Below are positions 27,916 to 36,582 of a stretch of 64,000 nucleotides of DNA, in pieces (positions within the stretch are counted from its first letter, which is position 1; the number at the start of each line of letters is the position of its first letter). A model generated the notes under the pieces. It worked only from the letters and a program-made list of their open reading frames with translations, did not search any database and was not told the DNA's origin. The DNA is from Fibrobacteria bacterium (lineage in GTDB: Bacteria; Fibrobacterota; Fibrobacteria; UBA11236). The position numbers and the translations under genes are program-made. The stretch spans positions 87,144 to 151,143 of the forward strand of contig JANYDA010000001.1 in assembly GCA_025360005.1 (NCBI GenBank). The letters are read 5' to 3'.

Positions 27916-27961
27916 TCGCTATACTTTTTACAAGGACCTAACATTTTTATAGCTTGATGCC

Positions 27962-28399
27962 ATGCTGTACAAGGGGAAGAAGCTGGAAGTGAGGATGAAC
28001 GGGCGCACCTACCATTGCGCGCTGGACATCACCATGGATTACCTGGGAGGGAAATGGAAGGCCATCGCGCTCTGGTACCTGATGGGCAAGCCCCTGCGCT
28101 TCAGCGAACTGAAAAGGCGGATTCCCGAAATCACGGAGAAAATGCTTTCCCTGCAATTGAAAAACCTGGAAACGGATGGTCTGGTATCGCGCAAGGTGTT
28201 CGCGGAGGTGCCGCCGCGCGTCGAATACACCCTGACCGCGGACGGCAAAACCCTTATCCCGGCGCTCAAAGCCATGGCGAAATGGGGACGGACCAAGGCC
28301 CAGCGGGACGGGAAAATCATCGCCGTACCGCTGGAGGCGGCGCGTAAGGCGTCCCGCAGGCGTTCCGGGGCCGCGCCTAAGGCAAGGAAAAAACCTTGA
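27962..28399 (+). CDS. HxlR-family winged-helix transcriptional regulator
   Basis: CALDITMDYLGGKWKAIALWYL…RFSELKRRIPEITEKMLSLQLKNLETDGLVSRKVFAEVPPRVEYTLT, the canonical HxlR/DUF24 fold. Divergent from the SDR gene. Confidence 0.85.
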   Translation: MLYKGKKLEVRMNGRTYHCALDITMDYLGGKWKAIALWYLMGKPLRFSELKRRIPEITEKMLSLQLKNLETDGLVSRKVFAEVPPRVEYTLTADGKTLIPALKAMAKWGRTKAQRDGKIIAVPLEAARKASRRRSGAAPKARKKP

Positions 28400-29924
28400 C
28401 GGTCAGCCGATCCGTTGCGGAATTGTCGCCGTAGCCGATATCGATGTAGGTGAAATCGATGGGCTTGCCGGTGCCGGTGAAGAGCATGTAGTAGGTGTGA
28501 TCCTTGCGCCAGGTTCCCCACCAACGCAAGCGGGGCGCATAGGCATTGGGAGCCCCCGTCTGCATCTCATCCACCGCCAGGCCATAGTCGGTGTTGGCGT
28601 CGCCCACGTCCAATTGCCCCACCCCTTCCGCATTGTAGTCCATGTAGTCGGCATCGCCCTGCCCAAGGCCGCCTCCGCCCACCTTGCCGGAACCGGCGGC
28701 CTGCAAGAGGTATACCCGTGACAGCTGGGTTACCAAAGCCGAATGCACGGTCTGGCGGAGCACGGGAACCTGCATGCTGTCCAGGGGCTTGCCCAAGGCA
28801 GGGGGTGCGGGAGACAAACGGATCAGGGAAACAGTGATGTTACCCCCGGTAGCCGTCCCGGATTTGGCGAGCTTGAGGGACAATGGCGTTCCTTCTCCGG
28901 TGACGGTCAGATAATAGGCATGATCCGCTTTTGCCCCCCCGTACCACTTCATGCGCCCCGCCTTCGCGCCCTTGGCCAGGTGGATGGCCGGCCGGCCGAT
29001 GTCCACGCCCACATCGATTCCCGAAATGGAATCCGAACCGTTCCCGCCCGCAGGGAAGCCGTACTCGGCATCGACCAGGCCTCCGTCCCCCAACGCCACC
29101 GCACCGGCAGCCTTCAGCAGGTACAGTTCGCCTTTGGCCAAAGCGGTCGCGAAAGCCACCGATGCCCCTCCCGCGGGGACCTGTACGGATTCCAAGGCTT
29201 GCGGGGGGATGATCCCCGAAGTGTCCGGGGTCATTTTCAGGGTTATGCCCGGGGCCTTGGGCGTGCCGGCGGGCACGCTCAGGCTATCCCGGCGATATCC
29301 CTTTTTCACGAAGGAGACGAGATGCGGTTTCGAGGTAGCCATCCCTTTGGATAGAGCCTTGCCGGCCGCCCCCCGGCTTGCCTGGTCGGCGCGGAACAAT
29401 GCCGGACCGGAAGGCAGCTTGGCCAACCGGAACCGTTCGCTCCCCGCGCCGGTTCGCAAGGTCGCGGAATAAATCCCCAAGGGAAGATCCCGTAAGGACA
29501 CGGTCCAGGCTCCGCTGCCGGGCGGGGAAGCGAAGTCCGCGATCCGGCGACCATGGAAATCCAACAAGGAAATCACTGCGTGATCGGCGTATCCATTGAG
29601 AGTGATATTTTCGCCGCCCACGGCCATTGACGTATGCGCGGATGCCCGTTCCGGAAGGACGATGGCTGAATTTGGATCCGGGAGGATCAAGGTGAAACGC
29701 CCGTCGGGGGCGGTGGCCGCCGACGCGCCCTCCGCGCTTACGGAAACGGAATCCAAGGGCGCGTTGGATGCGGCATCGGTCACCAGTCCCGTCAAGGTGT
29801 CATTGACTTGCGCTTGGGCGCCGGCCAGGCCCAGGCAAACCAGCCCGGCCAAGAACTTATTTGGTAGCCGCCGGGCCGTCTTCTTTGGAATTGATTTCAA
29901 CGGAGCTGTTCCGGTATTCATCAT
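28377..29924 (-). CDS. Secreted protein with N-terminal carboxypeptidase-regulatory-like domain and two internal repeats
   Basis: Signal peptide; LTGLVTDAASNAPLDSVSVSAEG…DGRFTL (CarbopepD_reg-like). Two similar ~150-aa repeats (…LLKAAGAVALGDGGLVDAEYGF…KWYGGAKADHAYYLTVTG… and …LLQAAGSGKVGGGGLGQGDADYMDY…LRWWGTWRKDHTYYMLFTG…). Confidence 0.55.
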   Translation of the reverse strand: MMNTGTAPLKSIPKKTARRLPNKFLAGLVCLGLAGAQAQVNDTLTGLVTDAASNAPLDSVSVSAEGASAATAPDGRFTLILPDPNSAIVLPERASAHTSMAVGGENITLNGYADHAVISLLDFHGRRIADFASPPGSGAWTVSLRDLPLGIYSATLRTGAGSERFRLAKLPSGPALFRADQASRGAAGKALSKGMATSKPHLVSFVKKGYRRDSLSVPAGTPKAPGITLKMTPDTSGIIPPQALESVQVPAGGASVAFATALAKGELYLLKAAGAVALGDGGLVDAEYGFPAGGNGSDSISGIDVGVDIGRPAIHLAKGAKAGRMKWYGGAKADHAYYLTVTGEGTPLSLKLAKSGTATGGNITVSLIRLSPAPPALGKPLDSMQVPVLRQTVHSALVTQLSRVYLLQAAGSGKVGGGGLGQGDADYMDYNAEGVGQLDVGDANTDYGLAVDEMQTGAPNAYAPRLRWWGTWRKDHTYYMLFTGTGKPIDFTYIDIGYGDNSATDRLTVKVFSLP

Positions 29925-29944
29925 ACCGGCGCGGATTGCGTGTT

Positions 29945-29985
29945 TCGCATTTGTCCCATTTGTTCCATTTGTTCCTGTTCAATTC
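29945..29985. repeat. Three tandem CATTTGTYC direct repeats in the promoter region of the 28377-29924 gene
   Basis: gCATTTGTCCCATTTGTTCCATTTGTTCCtgttcaattcc lies 20-60 bp upstream of the minus-strand start codon. Confidence 0.4.
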
Positions 29986-30163
29986 CGCATTCGCGATTGG
30001 GGGTGAATAGCCCGGCTCCAGCATAATACGCGCGGATAAGGATTCGCGCCTCTCACTTGTCGCACGCTGAGGATAATCCGGTAATCGTGCAAGTGAACCG
30101 GGAAAAGAGCAACCCCCCGGGCAAGCCGACCCGCCTTGATGTCGGTGGGCGCCAGTTGCAGGG

Positions 30164-30179
30164 CCGCGGATATATCCGC
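30164..30179. promoter_or_regulatory. Perfect 16-bp palindrome CGCGGATATATCCGCG in a non-coding region
   Basis: Read directly from the sequence. Sits in a ~600-bp ORF-free stretch, 29925-30530. Confidence 0.4.
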
Positions 30180-30356
30180 GCCGGTGGGATCCCGGGGGGG
30201 GTTCCATGCCGACATAGCCGGCTTTGCGGAACGTCAGGGTATTGGCCGCGGCGGAGGCCTTCCTCGGATAAAGGTTGGATGGGTCTCCACTTTCCGAGGG
30301 GGAGTGGGCGAAGTTTAACCCGGAGGTCCGCTTTCCCGGTTCCGCCGCGTAGGGAT

Positions 30357-30400
30357 TCCGCTGGCAAAACGCCAGCGAGTTTGCAGGGCGGTTTTTTTCA
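30357..30400 (+). terminator. Terminator-like hairpin (CGCTGGC-aaaac-GCCAGCG) followed by a T7 run
   Basis: 7-bp GC-rich stem at 30357-30375, then GGCGGTTTTTTT ending about 30400. No annotated plus-strand gene lies upstream, suggesting a small transcript or attenuator. Confidence 0.3.
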
Positions 30401-30530
30401 GGATGCGCCATCATTGGTAGGTTTTTTGAATCCTCAGGCAAGCCTTGCGCCCTCCGTGGCAACATGTCCTCCCGGGGCCGAAACCATTCTCGTCGGTTTT
30501 GAGGTATAATGCATAGGATCGAAGAACGCT

Positions 30531-31388
30531 ATGAAAGCATCCAAGCAAGAACCAAACGCCAGGCCCGATATTTTCCGTTATGCGGACTATCGCGCCTTCC
30601 TCAAGGACAGCTATGAATCGCGTAAGGCCGCCAACCCGGCGTTCTCGCACCGTTACCTGGCCGCCAAGATAGGTTTCGATGCCGGGCAGTTCTCCAAGAT
30701 CCTGAGCGGAAAGCGCAACCTGACGCATGCCATGATCCTGAAGTTCTCGGATCTGTTCAAGCTGGGAAAGAAGGAAAAGGAATACTTCGAGCTTCTGGTG
30801 CTGGCCAATCACGCGAAAACACCCACCGACCGCGCGGAACTGCTCGCGAAGCTTCCGCCGTTGCGCCCCAAGGCCGCCAAAGCCGTGGCCTCCGGCCTGG
30901 ATGAATATTACCGGCATTGGTACCATAGCGCTTTGCGGGAGCTGCTTGGCTTCTATCCTTTCCGCGGCGACTGGAACGCCTTGGGGCGGATGCTCGTCCC
31001 TGCCCTTTCGGCCGAGCAAGCGGAAAAAGGCGTGATGCTATTGGTAGAGTTGGGATTCCTGCAGAAGGATGCGCAAGGCGGATTCCGCATTTCCGATCCG
31101 CATATCACCACCGGGTACAAAAGCCCTTCCGCGGCCGTGCACCATTTCATCCGGACCACGCTGGACCTGGCAAAAGGCTCCTTGGACGGCTTTCCCAAGG
31201 ATATCCGCAATCTGTCCACCCTGACCTTCAGCACCTCGGAGAACCACTTCCTGCAGATCCAGGAAAAGATCCGGCTGTTCCGCAAAGAGCTGGCGGATGA
31301 AGTGGACAAGGTGGAAAAGCCCGAACGCGTCTACCAACTCAATATGCAAATCTTCCCGCTATCGGAAACCTGGGGATCCGGCAAATGA
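30531..31388 (+). CDS. TIGR02147-family protein, copy 3
   Basis: …RPDIFRYADYRAFLKDSY…SHRYLAAKIGFDAGQFSKILSGKRNLT…YYRHWYH… aligns with copies 1 and 2. A TATAAT element lies 21 bp upstream. Overlaps the downstream lipoprotein gene by 4 nt. Confidence 0.75.
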   Translation: MKASKQEPNARPDIFRYADYRAFLKDSYESRKAANPAFSHRYLAAKIGFDAGQFSKILSGKRNLTHAMILKFSDLFKLGKKEKEYFELLVLANHAKTPTDRAELLAKLPPLRPKAAKAVASGLDEYYRHWYHSALRELLGFYPFRGDWNALGRMLVPALSAEQAEKGVMLLVELGFLQKDAQGGFRISDPHITTGYKSPSAAVHHFIRTTLDLAKGSLDGFPKDIRNLSTLTFSTSENHFLQIQEKIRLFRKELADEVDKVEKPERVYQLNMQIFPLSETWGSGK

Positions 31389-32749
31389 AAATCCCGTCGA
31401 CGCTATCCGTGCTGGCGGCCAGCTGCGGCGTGATGGCGGGGCTTTGCCTCACCGCATGCGGACCCAACCGCGTCGCCGGAGGCACCAGTTCGGAGGCGGA
31501 GGCGCTTCTGCAAGGAACGGTGACCAAGCCGGACGGTTCGGCCGCGGCGGGAGCCCGCGTGCGCATCCGCCCCATCGGCTACCTCTCCCGCTCCGGAACG
31601 GATACCTCCGCGCTCGCCGATTTGGTCGCCGATTCCCTGGGCAAGGTGAAATGGACCACCCGCGATACGGGACTCTTCAACCTGGAAGCGGAACTGGGGG
31701 ATACCTTGGGAACGCTGATAAGGGACATTTCCCCCGGCCGCGAATCCGGGCATCTCACCGCATCCCTGGACACCAACGGATCCATCCGCGTCAACCTGGC
31801 CACGCCTCAAGCCGGCTCCGGCTATTCCCTGCGCGTCTACGGAATGGAACGGTTCCAGGCAGCCGATGCCCAGGGTATCTTCCATGTTACCCTACCCGCC
31901 GGCGGCTACTCCCTCCTCATAGAGCATTCTCCGCCCTCCGGATCCCCGCTCTTGGTCCGGGACGTGCAGGTGGCCAGTGGAAAAACCACCCTGCTGGATT
32001 CGCTGCGCTTCCCGGCTTTGGATTCGGTCCTGCTGGGATACTGGGCCTTCGAGGAAGGCGGCGGCGATTCCGCCCGGGACGGCTCCGGGAACGGGCACGC
32101 GGGAATGGTGCGCGGCGCCCAATGGGTCGCGGGCAGGAAGGGCCTGGGACTCCGCTTTACGCAGGGACAGGGATACGTGGACATGGGAATTCCCCAACCG
32201 GACACTTTCGCCTTCGGCGCGGCCAGGGACTATTCCTTTTCGGTATGGGCCAAGACCGACAACCCCGTGCCCAACCGGGGGCTGGGGCGACGCATCATTT
32301 CCAAGCAAGGGGGCGCCAACGGATTCTCGTATTTCCTGCGCATCTTCCCGGATGGACGGCCCGGCTTCGCTTCCAACACGCGCAAGGACACGGTAAAAGC
32401 TCCCGCCGGATCCGTTACGGCCGCGCGGGATTTGATCGCGCCCGTGAACGTGGGCGACGGCGCCTGGCACCATTGGGCCGGGGTCCGCAAGCGGAACCGC
32501 CTGACCTTGTATATAGACGGCCAGGCTGTCGCCTCCGCCAGCGACGACAGCCTGAGATCGGATTATAGTTTTATCGATTACAATGATCACAGTGCCCTGC
32601 TATACCCGGATCCCGGGCAGGACAATCACCTTTTGATCGGCTGCGCCAAAACCGGCGTGGACGGTTTCGACGGCGTGATCGATGAAGCCCGCGTATACGG
32701 CCGCGCGCTCACGCCCCAGGAAATCCTGCTGCTCGCCGATCCTTTCTAA
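31385..32749 (+). CDS. Lipoprotein with C-terminal LamG/concanavalin-A-like lectin domain
   Basis: Lipobox LTAC. Mature N-terminus CGPNRVAGGTSSEAEAL. C-terminal LamG-type blocks (DGAWHHWAGVRKRNRLTLYIDGQAV…DGVIDEARVYGRALTPQEI). Confidence 0.75.
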   Translation: MKIPSTLSVLAASCGVMAGLCLTACGPNRVAGGTSSEAEALLQGTVTKPDGSAAAGARVRIRPIGYLSRSGTDTSALADLVADSLGKVKWTTRDTGLFNLEAELGDTLGTLIRDISPGRESGHLTASLDTNGSIRVNLATPQAGSGYSLRVYGMERFQAADAQGIFHVTLPAGGYSLLIEHSPPSGSPLLVRDVQVASGKTTLLDSLRFPALDSVLLGYWAFEEGGGDSARDGSGNGHAGMVRGAQWVAGRKGLGLRFTQGQGYVDMGIPQPDTFAFGAARDYSFSVWAKTDNPVPNRGLGRRIISKQGGANGFSYFLRIFPDGRPGFASNTRKDTVKAPAGSVTAARDLIAPVNVGDGAWHHWAGVRKRNRLTLYIDGQAVASASDDSLRSDYSFIDYNDHSALLYPDPGQDNHLLIGCAKTGVDGFDGVIDEARVYGRALTPQEILLLADPF

Positions 32750-32761
32750 GGATCCGTTAAG

Positions 32762-33994
32762 TTACTCCCCCAGTTTCCCGCGCAGGAATTTCACTTCCGT
32801 CTTGGAACTGGTGAGGCCGATGGCGGCCTGGAAATGCGCGCGGGCCTTCTCCGTCTCCCCCACCTGCGAATACAGCTCCCCTAATGTCGCATGCAGCAGG
32901 TAGTAGCCCTTAAGCTTGGGATGCTCTTTCAACGGTTCCAACTTTCCGATCGCCGCCCGCGGCCCTTGGGTTTGCGATAGGATCACCGCCCGGTTCAGTT
33001 CGATCACTGGATTATCCTTCAGCTCCGCCAATAAGGCGTAGCAGCCGTCGATCCGGTCCCACCGCGTGGACGCAAAATCCGGAGCCGTGCAATGTTCCGC
33101 CGCAATGGCGGCTTCCAGGTGGTATTCCGTAAGCTCATCCCCCTTGGCCGCCTCGGTCAACAGGTATTGGCCCGAACGGATAAGTTCTCTGCTCCAGCGT
33201 GTTCGATCCTGCCGGGAGAAAAGGATCAACGCTCCCCGATCATCGATGCGGCTTTCCAGGCGCGCGGCATGGAAGCACATCAAGGCCATCAGGGCGGAGG
33301 AGGCGGGCTGGCCGGGGAAACCGTCCAGGAGCAGCCGGCACAAGCGCATGGCCTCGTAGCAAAGATCCTTGCGGATCAGGAAATCCGGATGGGAAGAGTT
33401 ATAGCCTTCGTTGAAAAGCAGGTAGATGCCCAGGCGCACGCCCTTGAGGCGATCCTGCAGGGATGCATCGTCGGGGATTTCCAGCGGCAGATCCCGATCG
33501 CGGAACTCCTGCTTGGAACGGGCCAGCCGCTTTTCGATGGCGGATTCATTGGACAGCAGCGCGTTGGCGATCTCCTGCACGGAAAAGCCGCAGATGATCT
33601 TGAGGGTGAGGGCGAGCCGGGATTCCAGGGGCAGGATGGGATGGCAGCAGACGAACATCATGCGCAGCATGGAATCCTCCACGCGCTCTTGCTGGAAGGA
33701 CTCCTCGAAGCTGCCGAGGGTGAGGCCGTTCAGCTCCAGATCCAAGGCGTATTTGCCGGCCAGGGTCTCCCGCTTGAGATGGTTCAGGGCCTTGCGTTTG
33801 GCCACCGTCATGATCCAGGCGCTGGGGTTTTCGGGGACGGATCCATAGCTCCATTGCGTGAAGGCCGCCAGCAATGCTTCTTGCACCACGTCCTCGGCCA
33901 GTTGCAGGTTGCGCACTCCGAAAATCCCCGCAAGCAGGGAGACTATTCTCCCCGACTCATGGCGGAAGAAATGCTCCATCTCTTCCGGGGCCAT
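32762..33994 (-). CDS. ECF-type sigma-70 factor with long C-terminal extension (co-encoded with a YciI-like protein)
   Basis: Sigma region 2 (…EDVVQEALLAAFTQW…) and region 4 (…FSVQEIANALLSNESAIEKRLARSKQE…) followed by a ~230-aa extension. The track ORF starts at 34030; the internal Met (MAPEEMEHFF) abuts the upstream gene's stop. Confidence 0.8.
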   Translation of the reverse strand: MAPEEMEHFFRHESGRIVSLLAGIFGVRNLQLAEDVVQEALLAAFTQWSYGSVPENPSAWIMTVAKRKALNHLKRETLAGKYALDLELNGLTLGSFEESFQQERVEDSMLRMMFVCCHPILPLESRLALTLKIICGFSVQEIANALLSNESAIEKRLARSKQEFRDRDLPLEIPDDASLQDRLKGVRLGIYLLFNEGYNSSHPDFLIRKDLCYEAMRLCRLLLDGFPGQPASSALMALMCFHAARLESRIDDRGALILFSRQDRTRWSRELIRSGQYLLTEAAKGDELTEYHLEAAIAAEHCTAPDFASTRWDRIDGCYALLAELKDNPVIELNRAVILSQTQGPRAAIGKLEPLKEHPKLKGYYLLHATLGELYSQVGETEKARAHFQAAIGLTSSKTEVKFLRGKLGE

Positions 33995-34329
33995 TACATA
34001 TTGCCCAGTTTGCGAACCTCCAGCTGGCAATGGTCCAGCAGCGGGTTCTCCTTGGCCAAGGCCACAGCATCATCGTAATCCTTGGCCAGCACGATGCAAT
34101 AGCCGCCCACGATTTCCTTGGACTCCAGGAAAGGCCCGTCCGTAATAACGGTTTTCTTGTCCTTTACCAACCGCCCGGTGCCGGGTTCCAGCGGCTGCCC
34201 GCCTTTGTAACGTCCCGCCACGACCATCTTTTCCTTCCATACGGTGAAGGCTCCCATCCGCTTTTGCATCACCTCGGGGGAGACGTCGTTGTAATCGTAT
34301 CCGCGCACCAGGAAAATGAATTCATCCAT
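33994..34329 (-). CDS. YciI-like (YCII-related) small protein, partner of the ECF sigma factor
   Basis: 111 aa, …YKGGQPLEPGTGRLV… and …GGYCIVLAKDYDDAVALAKENP… typical of the YCII fold. Immediately upstream of, and co-directional with, the sigma gene. Confidence 0.8.
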   Translation of the reverse strand: MDEFIFLVRGYDYNDVSPEVMQKRMGAFTVWKEKMVVAGRYKGGQPLEPGTGRLVKDKKTVITDGPFLESKEIVGGYCIVLAKDYDDAVALAKENPLLDHCQLEVRKLGNM

Positions 34330-34491
34330 CGTAAACTCCTTGTTTGCATCCCGGGCCTAACATCGGGCCCGATTAACACGATGACAAGCGGCCGGATCGG
34401 TTCCGGACAAATAAATAATCTTTCCCATCCCGCCTAGGGATTTCCCCTACTTGTTTTAAGGGCCTCTACCCGATTCAAACCGCGGCGATTC

Positions 34492-35526
34492 TTGGTAAAC
34501 TCTGTTTTATGTCCATGCAGTGAAAGCATGATTTTCCCGATGGAGGCCATGCGAGTGGATGTCATTGCGGGCGCCGGCAAGAAACGCCGAAGTAAAAAGC
34601 CATTCCTGCGGCCCCAGGAAAAAGTGGCGGAAATGATTCTCGCATCCCTCGGTCCTTTCGGGGAAATCCGCAGCAGGACCGTATCGGGCCTTGAAAAGCC
34701 CGGGCTCGCCGACTGCCTCTTGATCGAAGGCATGGTAAAAGGCAAACATCATCGGGTCATGGTAGCCAATGCCCGGGCAGCATCCAGTACCTCCGCGGAA
34801 GGCTTTCGGCGGGTGGCCGCCCTCCGCAAAACCTTGGGGGCGGATGCAGCATTCATCTGCGTTCGCGGCGCTCTTGGCGGCGAGGCATTGCTCCGCTGCC
34901 TCCACCTGGGTTTGATACCCGTTGAGATCCATTCCTCCGGGAAAGGGCTTAAGGTCCATTTGGGGTCCGCCACCGTGGTGCGGCACACATCCATCCAATC
35001 CTGGGCGCTCTCCACATCCGATTCCTCCGATGCCGGAAACGGGAAATCCTTCGACGAGGAATCCGGGGAGCTTCTATTCCAAGGCAAATCCGTCCGCCAT
35101 TGGATAGGCCGGGAATCCGCGCGGCTGCTCCGCAAGGTGGAACGGGATTGCATCCTTTCCGCCCGTTACCGTTTCAAGCAAAGGGTCACATTCCGGATCC
35201 GGAAAGGAACGTTCACCGCAGACGCCTTCGAAATCCGCTTCGCATGCCGGATCCGGAACCGGGTGCACTCCCTGCAGGCCGATCTGGAGGGATTGGAATA
35301 CCGTCACCGCCTGCGCCAAGCGGTCCCAGCCGCAAGAAAATCCAACCGGAAGCCGGGGCCGGGAGGATTGGCAGGCTTGATCCAAAACGAATCCCCGCTC
35401 GCCGCCACCGTCCCGGTCAAGCCCCGGTTGCTGGTGTACCATCCCGTGGAAGCCCCATCCCGGCCAGGTCTGCCGGATTTGTCGCGGCGGATCCTATCCG
35501 TGAGCGTTGATATCAAATATTCCTGA
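34492..35526 (+). CDS. Hypothetical protein (no recognisable domain)
   Basis: 344-aa ORF with GC-rich third positions. No motif identified. Could be a shadow ORF in a decayed region; see the adjacent receiver remnant. Confidence 0.3.
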   Translation: MVNSVLCPCSESMIFPMEAMRVDVIAGAGKKRRSKKPFLRPQEKVAEMILASLGPFGEIRSRTVSGLEKPGLADCLLIEGMVKGKHHRVMVANARAASSTSAEGFRRVAALRKTLGADAAFICVRGALGGEALLRCLHLGLIPVEIHSSGKGLKVHLGSATVVRHTSIQSWALSTSDSSDAGNGKSFDEESGELLFQGKSVRHWIGRESARLLRKVERDCILSARYRFKQRVTFRIRKGTFTADAFEIRFACRIRNRVHSLQADLEGLEYRHRLRQAVPAARKSNRKPGPGGLAGLIQNESPLAATVPVKPRLLVYHPVEAPSRPGLPDLSRRILSVSVDIKYS

Positions 35527-35800
35527 GCATATCCTTACGGCCCAGGCCGGGCAGGCTCCAATCGCTGATGATGATCTGGAATTTGCGGCTGAGCAGGGAC
35601 AATCAAGCCTTTTCCGCGTCTTCCACGGCAACCGCTTCGTGCCCCCGGCCTTTCAGAAAGGAGTCGCACGGGGCCGGATTGACGGGATCATCTTCGACGA
35701 GGAGTATGTTCCTGGAGGTTCCACAGGATCGGCAGCTTGCTTCATACCGTGGGGATATCCTATCATTGATCGCGGATACAATCACGGCAAAGGAGCCTTG
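35527..35800 (-). pseudogene. Remnant of a response-regulator receiver domain interrupted by in-frame TGA stops
   Basis: Minus-strand frame reads MQGSF…NILLVEDDPVNPAPCDSFLKGRGHEAVAVEDAEKA*LSLLSRKFQIIISDWSLPGLGRKDMLRNI*. This is a canonical receiver N-terminus (LLVEDD…, …DLIISDW.MPG.DG…) continuing through one TGA and ending at a second. Confidence 0.45.
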
Positions 35801-35802
35801 CA

Positions 35803-36498
35803 TTGAAAACCGAGCCGGATGCCACAAGCAAAGCCACTCTACGGATCCTGGTCGTGGACGACCATCCCGTGGTGAGGCAGGGGCTGGTGATGACCTTGGG
35901 CAGGCATCCCGGATTTTCCGTCTGCGGGGAAGCGGCGAGTCTGCCTGAGGCATTGGACGCGATCGCCAAGAACCCGCCCGATCTGGTCCTCTCCGATCTG
36001 GTGCTCGAAGGCGCCAGCGGATTGGACCTGATCAAAGAGATCCGCGCCCGGCATCCCGGCGTACCTGCGCTCATCCTCTCCATGCATGACGAGGAAGTCT
36101 ATTCGGAAAGGGTTTTGCGCGCCGGGGCGCGGGGCTACCTGATGAAGAACGAACATCCCGATCGCATTGTGGAAGGCATCCTCACTGTTCTGAAAGGCGA
36201 AATCGCCATCAGCGAAAAGATGAAAGCCAAGATCCTGGGACGTATGGCCGGAAGCAGGGAAGCGAAGCAGGGCTTTTCCGTGGATCGCCTAACGGATAGG
36301 GAGCTGGAGGTATTCCGCCTAGTCGGCGAGGGGCTTTCCACGCGGAAGATGGCCGACAAACTCTCCCTCAGCATCAAAACCATCGAGGCCCACATCGCGC
36401 ATGTTAAACGAAAATTGGGTACCGAATCGGGAAGGGAGTTGCAATTGCGCGCCTTCAATTGGATAGCCGATTCCGGATCCCGCCGCCCTCCGGTATAG
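35803..36498 (+). CDS. NarL/FixJ (LuxR-type) family response regulator
   Basis: Receiver LRILVVDDHPVVRQGL…LVLSDLVLEG…; C-terminal LuxR HTH LTDRELEVFRLVGEGLSTRKMADKLSLSIKTIEAHIAHVKRKLG. Confidence 0.9.
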   Translation: MKTEPDATSKATLRILVVDDHPVVRQGLVMTLGRHPGFSVCGEAASLPEALDAIAKNPPDLVLSDLVLEGASGLDLIKEIRARHPGVPALILSMHDEEVYSERVLRAGARGYLMKNEHPDRIVEGILTVLKGEIAISEKMKAKILGRMAGSREAKQGFSVDRLTDRELEVFRLVGEGLSTRKMADKLSLSIKTIEAHIAHVKRKLGTESGRELQLRAFNWIADSGSRRPPV

Positions 36499-36582
36499 CC
36501 CTTTCGCCTCCCGATCCATCGCTTGCTTCATCAGCTTGATCCGTTCTACCCGTCCGGCGCCGGGTCCGGTATCTGCGTTGCG

